From the NCBI GenBank assembly GCA_016748015.1, contig JAAOMT010000135.1, positions 761,326 through 825,325 of the forward strand: DNA of 64,000 bases, given 5' to 3'. The notes beneath the pieces are model-generated. The model made no database searches, was not told the origin of the DNA, and worked only from the letters and a program-made list of their open reading frames with translations. The translations under genes and the position numbers were made by a program. Shown in pieces: positions 23,748 through 34,340 of this stretch. The DNA is from Geosiphon pyriformis uo1 (taxonomy: Eukaryota; Fungi; Glomeromycota). Each line of letters starts with the position of its first letter. Position 1 is the stretch's first letter.

Positions 23748-25179
23748 TTTATTTTTTTATTTCTTTTTTTTATTCTTTTGTGGAGCAGCAATATAGTAAA
23801 ATCAACTGTTTGAGAATAGACTTTGTGATAACCTGGTAAAAAAAAGAAGCTCTCTTTAGGTTTTTGGATATTAATGTTATCTTAATAGCTTATCAAAAGG
23901 ATGAAAAGATAACACCAGACCCTAACAACTGTGCTCATTAGCTTGAAAAAGAAAGTACCTTTATAAGAAGTTACAATTAGTGAGAACCAAAACTCTGTGT
24001 CTTATAACCAAAGAACTCAATAGGTAAATTTACAACCAGTAAAGAAAATCTTTAGAGACTGATAATTAAGATTAAGCCAGCAAAATTATGTAAAATACAC
24101 CTTACTAATAATTGAGAGCACTAAACATTACCATCTTCTTACTCTATTAAGTATACCTATAATAATGTACTACAAAAGTAGACAGTGTTTATATACTTCT
24201 TTTTTGCATTTGGACGGATTTCCAAACCAGTTGTATCAGCATTAGAATTACCAGCAGATATGCTTGTAGGTTTTATAATAACAAAAATAGGAGTATCTGA
24301 AGGAATAAGTAATAAATGAAAAGGGAAAGGAAGAAAATAAAAGAAAAAACACTATATCTTTAACAAATCTTATTGCTTTTGTTGTGGATAGGGAATCAAT
24401 AAGAAAAAAAAGCTTTTTACATATTTTATATTATAAAATTTTTAAAAATAAACAAACTAAAAAAACAAATTTAAAAAAGTGTTAAGATTTAATTTTTTGA
24501 ATTTGGTGCCAAAATATTGTTTTTTACAATTTTTTAAATGTTTTTTAATATGTTTAAAATTAAAAATTTATATATTATTATTATTAAAAAACATAATAAT
24601 TAGTTTTTTAAATATAAAAAATATTTAGCCAAGTTAATATTATTGTTGTAAATATTGTAAATTTGATTTATAGCTTTTTTATAATTTATAAAATTTATTT
24701 AAATTCAAAATTATAAATAATATATAAAAAAATTCTAATTAATAAAACTGGTTTTGTGGTTTTTAAGATTAAAAATTCTATTAAAAGATTAATATTATCA
24801 AAAACTTATTTTGAATTTTTAATTTCAAATTGTACTTTATTATTTTAAAATTATTTGTTTTTGTTTATACAAATAATAGATAATTAATTTTGCTTTTAAT
24901 TATATAATAAGTTTTAAAAATATGACATAAATATCAAATAAAATTATTATAACAAATATTTATTATTATATTATGTAATTTAAACTTTTATGTTATTAAA
25001 AAAACCTTTAATTAAAAACAAAAACAAACAAACAAAATAAAATTTTCAAAATTAAACCAAATAATTATATTTTTGTTAATAAATAATAATTTTCCAAATA
25101 TATAATTATATTGATTAACAAAAATTTAACAAATCAAAATCCTTCACAATAATTTTTATTACAAACAGATAATAATAAT

Positions 25180-26050
25180 AAAAAACTTCTTTCTTTCCAT
25201 CCCAAATTCCCCAAAAAGAAACAGTTTTTGAAAAAGAAAGTTTTTGTTTTTGCTATATTTCTTTCAACATTTCACAAGGCATTAATCCCTTTATTCTGGA
25301 CTTGGCGACTGCTACCAGTAGTGATATGACTAAAAAAAATCGGCGAAAGGGGTTACTCATGGTTCTGTCGGTGGCACTTTTACGCAAAAGCCAAAGATAT
25401 CTTTAAGTGGTGCTGGTCTTCGGCAGTTTGAAAATATGGTGACTGACTCTGAAGAGGAGATGAGGGCACTTTTAGTGGTTGATAATGGTTATGGGGCAGG
25501 CCATATAGTGGCTCCTCCCTTCGGCACCATTGACTTTAATATGGATAAGGATGAGGTGTGTCTCCCACCTCCACATCCTATTGCTTTGGCGTCCAAATGG
25601 CTAAATCCGATGATAGTAAAGGAAGTTCTGGTTAGGAAATCCTTTGCTTTGGATATTGATCTATCAGCAGTTAAGGGTAAAAATGCTACGGCAAAAGTGC
25701 TGGTAATCAGAAAATTATTTTCAACAGTGATTGGTTTTGGGGAGGCCACTACTCCTGTCTGTGGCTTGCCGTCATTGTTTTCGGATGGTGTGGTACACTT
25801 GCTTGGTGTTTCTGTAGCGTTTGATGTGTTATTTGGTTCGCGTAAGTTATGTCTGTTTTTTTCTGGTTTGGGCGTTGATGTCACGGTTAGGATAGACATG
25901 CGGTGTAGCCTTGATTGGTCCGAGTGGCTGGTCACATGTAGAAGGTGCCTGAGTCGCGTCTAGTTTAGAACACTTGGCTGTTGTATTGTACTAGGTAGCG
26001 ATTGGGCCTCACTCGTTAAATAAATAAATAAATAAAAAAATAAATAATAA
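25180..26050 (+). mobile_element. Internally deleted LINE derivative with (TAAA)n tail
   Basis: ORF 25436-25963 joins ORF1-like sequence (KSFALDIDLSAVKGK..LFSTVIGFGEATTP, homologous to 22212-22640) to a segment resembling an ORF2 C-terminus (GLPSLFSDGVVHLLG..LFFSG). TAAA repeats at 26017-26050. The 5' limit is approximate. Confidence 0.8.
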
Positions 26051-26772
26051 ACAAAATTTTTTAAATTTTAATTTACATCAAAGCTGTATTAAATCTGACA
26101 AATCTGGATTAGCCCTCTTCGAATAATTTCAAAAGGCCTGAATTTTCGATTTACTCATTTTGTAAATAATTTAATGCTTAATTGTATCTCGTAATATCTT
26201 CAAGTTTTATAAGAATATACCCACATCTAAGAATTCCATTCAGGAAGATTGAGTGTCCGCGAGGCCAATTTGAAGTTTTTATTATGATTTCCCAAATCAA
26301 AGTTCCCATAACAGATCCCAATGCCAAAATAATGACATTTTGATTATATTTCACAAATAAAGTAAGCTTTTTTCCTTTGATTTTACATAAATGCGAGGAG
26401 TGAATGAAGAATAGGAAATGGTAAAAGCAGAGTGAAGAAAACGATAAAGGAGAATGAAGGTGCGATACATAATAATATAGTATATATTTTTTAAGATAAT
26501 GCAAAACGTTTTACTGAGGATGATGAGTGAATCCTAATGGTGAGAATTTAAAACATAATTTTTCAGATTAGAAGCTAGAAACCCTTAAATTTTTGTTCTA
26601 ATGATAAAGAAACTCTGAGCACTGTCGCGTTGATAACCTCCTTTGACTAATTTATTCCAGAAGTATGGTGATAAACAATGCTATCGTGCGAATGAGATTC
26701 ATTATACCCAAAGTAATCGAGCCATTCAAATATTCCATCAAAGAATCAGTCCAGTATAATCAGAAGCAATCT

Positions 26773-27621
26773 TCATTGATTGTAATCGCCAACTATACAA
26801 TACTCGCATCTACATTCTTTATAAACTAAGGATTCTTCGGGGTCATACTCATATACAACTGGCTCTCTTTGGCTAAATACCAGGTGAGCTGGACTGATAT
26901 TATATTTTTGCAATCTCCCCTTGCTACTAGCCTTTTTATTCTCGGGCAAAGAATTACTTCTTTGTCGAATATTAATGTTCAGTAAGCTATTATGGGAAAA
27001 GGAATAGCCTGGGGTAGGTGACGTAGGTGACGAGTGTGGTGTAACAGGTGTATCCCTAATCCTTGTAATAGTATCAAGCATCGGCAATTTTTCGTGTCCT
27101 ATTTCATCATATATTATATTTGAGTGTAATTCTTTGGCCATTTTATCCAAGACCTCATGAACTCGTCGTCTTTGTATCCCGTTCGTAATTATAACCCTGT
27201 TATTGTGTTGCATTACTTCTTGCCACTCGTGGGATTCGTCAGGATGAAGAGATATTCGTTTCTGAAAACGAACTTCTTGTAGCCAACGACGTTCAAGAGC
27301 TATCTGTTCTTTATCGGCGACTGTTTGAAAAAATATGTAATCTTTCTCACCCTCTTTTCCAGGTTTTCGATTATCATGAGAGCCAACTTTATGCCCATAC
27401 TTATCTCTTCCATCTTCACTCTGTCCGCTCAAAAGATAGCCATATTTTGTTAAGGTACCATCAGGGTTTTCTTTGTATTTATAATGAAAGACTTGGGAAA
27501 AGTTGGGGTGTCGATATTCTATTATGTAGCCATTTTTACCCTCAAGAGGATAATATAACCAGACTTCATTTATATTCTTCTTTCTTCTCAAAGTTTGTCG
27601 AAAATTTCGTAAAATTTGCAT
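26773..27621 (-). CDS. Hypothetical protein, 282 aa, single exon
   Basis: Long ATG-initiated ORF with genic composition (CpGs retained). No family recognised. Confidence 0.7.
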   Translation of the reverse strand: MQILRNFRQTLRRKKNINEVWLYYPLEGKNGYIIEYRHPNFSQVFHYKYKENPDGTLTKYGYLLSGQSEDGRDKYGHKVGSHDNRKPGKEGEKDYIFFQTVADKEQIALERRWLQEVRFQKRISLHPDESHEWQEVMQHNNRVIITNGIQRRRVHEVLDKMAKELHSNIIYDEIGHEKLPMLDTITRIRDTPVTPHSSPTSPTPGYSFSHNSLLNINIRQRSNSLPENKKASSKGRLQKYNISPAHLVFSQREPVVYEYDPEESLVYKECRCEYCIVGDYNQ

Positions 27622-28123
27622 TATATGTAAATCATGTGTTCACTTATAATTAAAAAATTCCAATCCAAGCTGGAAATTTCAAGGAAGGTTTTGTTAATGG
27701 AGATAAATGAAAGTAGGAGTTGGAGAGGAAAGATGAAAGAGGAAAGGGAAAAAAGACAATTGCTGCATCTTAATACCCAATCAGTATTGATTTAATCATT
27801 GTTTGCACTGACACCATGTTACAAATTTTCCAATTTGTGTTCAAAAATATTCTGCGACAAAGTATATTTGCTGCTTGCAGAAACAATTTATTTCGAAAAA
27901 AAAAGGTTGGACAGAACAAGTGACCCTGGGTAGATCACCAATCTGTTATCACATTTATCGTCGATTTTTCCTATTAACATATTTTAAGGCTAATACGGGC
28001 CCGAATTGCTTATATTGTTCAAAGGCGATTTATGTCAAATAACCTTAATATTCCAAATAAATCAATTGACAATTAATACCAGAACTACCACTATATTTTC
28101 AGTTGAGGTTTTGCAGGTTTATT

Positions 28124-29739
28124 TCATATTGAGGGGAAAAAGGTATTGGACTGATTTCCCCGAGCATATCTATTTGGAGTCCGTGAAACAATGTGGCTAA
28201 TCGGTTTATTGAGTGGGGTGATTGATTGATAACTATTATTGTTACTATTATTATTAGAGCTCGAATTAGATGAACGTATTGGAGTAATTTCAGTGCGTTT
28301 TTGGGGAGTTTGCTGTTGTTGGACTGGGGCAGCATTTAAATATTGTCTTAAATTTGATGATTGGCGAATTATGCTGTTGTCCTCAACAATTGGCTGTTCT
28401 GGATATGGAGTTAGGTTCCTAAATCCATTCCATGATTGTTTTTTGGATATAGTGAATTCCCTTGGTGTCTCAGAGCGTGGATGTAAGTTCCCCCCATAAT
28501 TTCTATTAGAAGCATAAGGAGACTGCAATCCAGGACTTCCCACTGTAGGCGGTACATTATTGATAGTAGTAGGTGTACCAGTCACAATATTTAAAGCACG
28601 TCTTCTATCATCTCGTCCAGAAATGCTTCCACTTAACGAGGAGGAAGATGAGAAACCTCCCAAAGTGGGACTTTGGATATAATCACCTGATGTTGATAGT
28701 ACTCCAAACTTTTTTTCTATCACTTTGTCAAAAAATGCATCAATCTTCTCTGCTGCAATTGAATTATCTGCAAAATGTGTGAGTGCCAAGGTACACTTTG
28801 GGGATCGTGTTAAAGTAAGTATTGGAAATTTTCAAATCATTTACTTTTGAAAGAGAACGATTGATTACGTACTACATTAAAACATTCTCCGCCATATTCA
28901 TCTACAATACTATAACGTCTTTGTCGGCCGGTCAATTCTTGCTTAACAAGATCTGCTTTCGTCCCAACTACTAAAATAGGTATACTAGCATTTCTTTCGC
29001 CAATTTGTAGCTCAAAATCGAATTCTATGACGATACTAAGGAGTTTAGAAATATTCCAGAAAATAAAACCAGATCAAAACGAACATTATAAGACAAAGTA
29101 CCCGTCTTCCGGATCACATTATTAGGGCTCACAAGACTTGTCCCACTACCACTTAAAATTCCACTACTATTTGAAGTCCCAACATTGGCCATGCTGCCTA
29201 TCGCTCGCTCACCTTCTTTATAAGCTTCTGAATGTAAAACTTCAGCGATCCATCGCCATAAATTGTAATAAGATTTACGATTACTGACATCATGTACTAA
29301 AATAATCCCATTGATTTGATGGTAAAACATGTTGCGTGACGATTGGTGCTTTACAGAACCACCAACGTCGATAAATTCCACGAAATACGGTTTTAAGGTA
29401 CGCGAATGATTGTGCGTCTTGCGTCGGTGACAACCAAAACACACGTTATTTATTAAACCTATAACAAAACTTGTAAATACTGAGCGTCTGTACCTTCACC
29501 TCAACAGAACACCCAATCGTCCACGTCGGGTGTCGTAGGGCCTCATTGTGACAAAGAATATGAACCAAGCTTGTTTTTCCCTTGATGTAACATCGTAACA
29601 ATGACAAATTTGCTTAGTGAACGGTATGAAACCTGATTGACCGGAGGATGAGGAAAAAGTTACATTTCTTTTACCCAACGCTTCTTACCACCCCGGAGTC
29701 GCCAACAACGACGATGCGAAGTTTATCGTGTGGTTCCAT
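28124..29739 (-). CDS. RABL3: Rab-like protein 3 homolog (small GTPase), multi-exon
   Basis: Spliced [17 protein letters not shown]|[21 protein letters not shown]|..[49 protein letters not shown], then a long S/T/N-rich tail. Confidence 0.88.
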
Positions 29740-29932
29740 ATTGGGTAGGGGAACCTTTTACACATTCAGCATACTATGAACTTATTTTTATTGACATCTT
29801 TGATCACGGGATTCCTTTTGATCGTGGGACCTTGATCTAATTCCCATTTTTAAAACAGTTAGGTTTTTTTTTGCCATTGTCAAATGACTCAGGTAGTATC
29901 TCTATTCCAATCCCTTTTCTTTTCGGTCAACC
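29740..29932. promoter_or_regulatory. Compact bidirectional promoter between RABL3 and ACO1
   Basis: The divergent ATGs are only 193 bp apart. Confidence 0.7.
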
Positions 29933-32623
29933 ATGTATTGTCGTCAGCTTTCACGGGCTACCAAGGTAAATATTTCTTTTCTAGAAGTTTAATTTAATTT
30001 CATGACATTTTACCTTCCTCGTATATATATTCCATTCAGCTTGTCGTGCCTCCTTTGAATCGTGGATACGCTGAAGTTGTTTCGGCGAATGGTATTGGCA
30101 GCAAAAAAGTGGCGCTTTCAAATTTAGAGAAGAACAAATATATTAACTATAAAAGGATTGAGGACAATTTGGCAATAGTAAAAAAAAGGTGAATTTCTAA
30201 GCACATCCTAGCATTACCAAATTAAAATTGATTAAACTTATATCTTTTCATCAAATGTACTGTATCAGACTTAAACGACCATTGACACTATCCGAAAAAG
30301 TTCTTTACGGCCATTTAGATGATCCTGTGAACCAGGAAATTATTCGTGGGAAATCCTACCTTAACCTTCGCCCTGATCGTGTTGCATGTCAAGATGCGAC
30401 TGCGCAGATGGTGCTCCTTCAATTTATGTCGGCCCGTTTGCCAGAAGTGGCTGTTCCAACCACATTTCACTGTGATCATTTGATTGAAGCACAACTTGGC
30501 AGCAAGGAGGATCTGGCTCGGGCCAAAGATGCTAACTCCGAAGTTTATAACTTCCTGTCAACTGGGTCTGCTAAATATAATATCGGTTTTTGGCATCCAG
30601 GTTCCGGTATTATACATCAGATTGTCCTAGAAAACTATGCATTTCCGGGTGGTCTTATGATAGGAACTGATTCCCATACTCCCAATGCTGGTGGTTTGGG
30701 TATGGTCGCTATCGGTGTGGGCGGTGCTGATGCCGTTGATGTTATGGCAGATATTCCGTGGGAATTAAAATGTCCTTACGTACTTGGAGTTAAGCTGACG
30801 GGAAAATTGAGTGGCTGGACAACACCTAAAGGTATTGCCCGTTATTTTTTCTCTATTATACGCTTCTAAAAAAAACCGAATAAGTGAATTCATATCATTG
30901 ATTATTGATTTTTTTTTATAGATGTAATATTAAAGTTAGCAGGAATTTTAACAGTTAAAGGTGGCACAGGTTCTATCGTTGAATACTTTGGGCCTGGTGT
31001 AAAATCGCTATCATGTACTGGTATGGCTACTGTTTGTAACATGGGTGCCGAAATTGGTGCTACAACCTCTCTTTTTCCATTCAACAGTCGCATGAGTGAT
31101 TATCTTCATGCGACTAATCGGGCTGCAATAGCCGAATATGCTGAATCATTTCAGCACAATTTACGTGCTGATGAAGGTTCCCAGTACGATCAAGTAATTG
31201 AAATTAACTTATCAGAACTGGAACCCCATATCAATGGTCCTTTCACTCCTGATCTTGCGACTCCCTTAAGCAAATTCAAAGATGCCGTTGAGGCTAATCA
31301 ATGGCCAACTGAATTAAAAGTTGGACTGATTGGTTCCTGTACAAATTCTTCTTATGAAGACATGAGTCGTGCAGCTTCTATCGCTCAAGAGGCGCTTGAT
31401 CATGGATTAAAAACAAAATCAACTTTTACAATTACTCCCGGCTCTGAACAAATTCGTGCTACTATCGCACGCGATGGTCAAGAAGAAATACTCAAGAGTG
31501 TGGGTGGTCTTGTCTTGGCTAACGCATGCGGTCCATGTATCGGCCAATGGGATCGTCAGGATGTTAAAAAGGGGGAAAAGAATTCGATTATTACTTCATA
31601 TAATCGTAATTTTACTGGGCGTAATGATGCAAATCCCGCCACTCATGCTTTTGTCACATCTCCCGATATTGTTACTGCAATGGTGTTTGCTGGTGACCTT
31701 CGCTTTAATCCCGCCCAAGACACTTTAATAGGTGCTGATGGAAAACCTTTCAGATTTTCTGAACCAAATGGGGCTGAATTACCACCTCGTGGGTATGATC
31801 CTGGTGAAAATACATATCAGGTTCCACCCACGGATCGAAATATTATTCAAGTGCAGATTAGTCCCGACAGTAGCCGTCTTCAACTCTTAGAACCATTTTC
31901 AAAATGGAATGGTAAGGACCTGGAACAATTACCGATATTGATTAAAGTCAAAGGGAAATGTACAACCGACCATATCTCTATGGCCGGACCTTGGCTCAAA
32001 TTTAGAGGTCATTTGGATAACATCTCAAACAACATGTTGATTGGAGCAGTAAATGCTGAAAACAATGCTGTTAATAGTGTTAAAAATATATTCACTGGTG
32101 AATACGATAGCGTACCCGCTGTGGCTCGAAAATACAAAGCCAATGGTGAAAATTTTTTTAATTCTCTGATTGATATTTCTCGAACTTTTCGAATAAATAC
32201 TTGATATTAATTTTTCTTTTATGGTCAATAATCATAGGGATTGGCTGGGTAGTTATAGGAGATGAAAATTATGGTGAAGGCTCATCTAGAGAGCATGCAG
32301 CATTGGAAGTACGTCATCTAGGTGGAACCGCTGTTATAGTGAAATCATTCGCCCGAATTCACGAGACCAACCTCAAAAAACAAGGGCTTTTACCACTTAC
32401 CTTTGCCAACCCTTCTGATTACGATAAAGTCGAACCATCAGACAGAGTTTCAATTATTGGGTTGACTTCATTCACTCCTGGAAAACCATTAACTCTAAAG
32501 CTTCACAAAAAAACCGGTGAAACTGTCGATTTGCAGCTTAATCATACATTCAATGAGAATCAAATTGAATGGTTCAAAGCGGGCTCAGCTTTGAATCGTA
32601 TGGCTGAAAATAAAATTTATTAA
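29933..32623 (+). CDS. ACO1: Mitochondrial aconitate hydratase, 5 exons
   Basis: Arg-rich presequence [11 protein letters not shown]; [12 protein letters not shown]; HCDH; GTDSHTPN; Fe-S ligands IGSCTN and [10 protein letters not shown]; TTDHIS; [11 protein letters not shown]. Confidence 0.98.
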
Positions 32624-32890
32624 TTTATAATTATGAGTCATTAAATTAAATGTGGTGGGTGCTGGATATATAATTTATAAAAAAATCTAGAGCTAGTAAA
32701 ACGTACATTAATAAACCAATAAGAATTAGATCGGGAATTAAAAAATTGTATTTCATTATATATTAAAAGTAATTTACATTGACGTAAAGTACAAATAACA
32801 TCTATAATGAATGATCTTGGTGAAAAAGAATGTGAAATGGTGCATTTCAATCAAAAATGGAAATTTATACTTGTTATTTTACAATGTTTT

Positions 32891-34340
32891 CTAGATATCG
32901 GCACTTGAGGCATCGATTCCAGGTGGGGGCATACCGTTTCCACCTATGCTTGTGCCAATCGCTTGTCGTTTCGCTTTTTTTGCCCATCTTAGGCCACAAG
33001 CGTTACACAGGCTAATATATAAACAAATTGTTATACATGAATGTCAAAACGATTTAAACATAATTAAATGATTTTAGTTATTGGGAGATGTTACGTTTTT
33101 GGACCTAATGGTCCTTTTCGCCATTCAGGTGATTCTACAGTACCACAATCAGTACACACATATTCTTCCTCCTCAACTTTGGGCTTTTTCTGTTGTAGTC
33201 CAGGATTTTGCAAATGTGGATATATATATTTCAAGGTCACTCTTTTTTGATATTCTTAACTTGAGGAAGAAGTGGAAATCACACCTTCTTTCGTGGTCTC
33301 GGAGCAGTATTAGAAGACGATGGTTGGGATGTGGGATCACTACCAATTCTAGGCTCGCCAGTACCACCGACTCCAGTAACATTTCCCGATATGGTCTTCT
33401 CATCCCTTAAGGTAGGGGTGGCTGTTGTTGCTAAAGTAGCTCCCAAATCTACATCTAACAAATTTTCATTAAGTAAAGTCGGGTCACTTGACCCCGTGGA
33501 AATTCCCCTCGCCCGCTCACCCTCCTGGTATCGTAAGCCGGTCAACATTTCCAACGGATTGGTCGTATCATTAATAATATCTTCAATTCTTTCCACAGGC
33601 ACAGATGAGCCTACAGGAAGTGGAGCGACATTACCAGAAGTGCTCACTTCAGCCGTCGGAGCTTCAGATGGACCCATAAGATCACGCAGTTGCCTTCGCA
33701 AATTTTCATTTTCTACTTTCAACTCCAAAAATGAATCAAGCATCGCGGTGGTTTTTGAGGGGTAAGCTCTACCCATGCTAAAAAAACAACGACATGTACT
33801 GTTGACGGTGGGGTTGTGATCGCCAAAGTACGGGTGGCCATTCACTTCCATGATAATAAATTTGTCATCTTTTTTGCGAAAACGATAATAAAGCTTGAAA
33901 TTACTTCGTTGCTGAATTGCTAAATTAAAATCTCTCGCAAACATGTCAACATCATCAACATGAATAAAATCTGTGATATTTCGGCCAACTAATTCTTCAG
34001 GAGAATATCCGACTAGCTCTTGGGATGAAGGTGAACAGTACATTAGTTTTCCTTGTGGAGAGATGACATGCAGAAAATCTTTAATTTCTTCAATGATACG
34101 CTGTGACCAATTCTTTCTTTTGGTAAATTCGGTCAAATTGCTTGCTGTATTTGCAATGGTTCCGCTCCCACTGGCCCCTGTACTTTGTACAACCCCACCG
34201 CTCGTACTTGCCACAGTTTCACTTGCCCGTGCACTCAAAAACCCACTGTGCGAAGTCAATGAAAAACTTTCTCCCAAAGCTTTTCCACCCATCAGCAATC
34301 TATCAAGGTCAGAGGGATTTTGATTATTGAAAGAGCCCAT
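32891..34340 (-). CDS. wc-2: White collar-2 type PAS + GATA zinc-finger transcription factor, 3 exons
   Basis: [18 protein letters not shown] and PAS domain; [15 protein letters not shown] coiled coil; [17 protein letters not shown]; spliced [21 protein letters not shown]|[11 protein letters not shown]. Confidence 0.95.

Larger units (their letters stand above)
23064..24164 (+). mobile_element. Probable solo LTR, family C
   Basis: Decayed termini TATTAC...ATAATA. Flanks ACAC and ATGT both derive from ACGC by transitions. Interrupts LINE ORF1. Shares short motifs with the family B LTR (GCTCTTGATTA..ATACTAA-T-tract; AATAGCTTA). Confidence 0.7.
3570..24410 (-). mobile_element. Non-LTR retrotransposon (LINE; ORF1 + APE-RT-RNase H ORF2), fragmented by nested LTR insertions
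   Basis: Pieces 3570-7160, 18098-18565, 21598-23063 and 24165-~24410 rejoin in frame once the insertions are removed: VFWHKNM|GNL across 18101/7156, NNYLA|VLEH across 21601/18561, and TVYFC..|SYKKPK across 24168/23059. The 5' limit is approximate. Confidence 0.9.
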
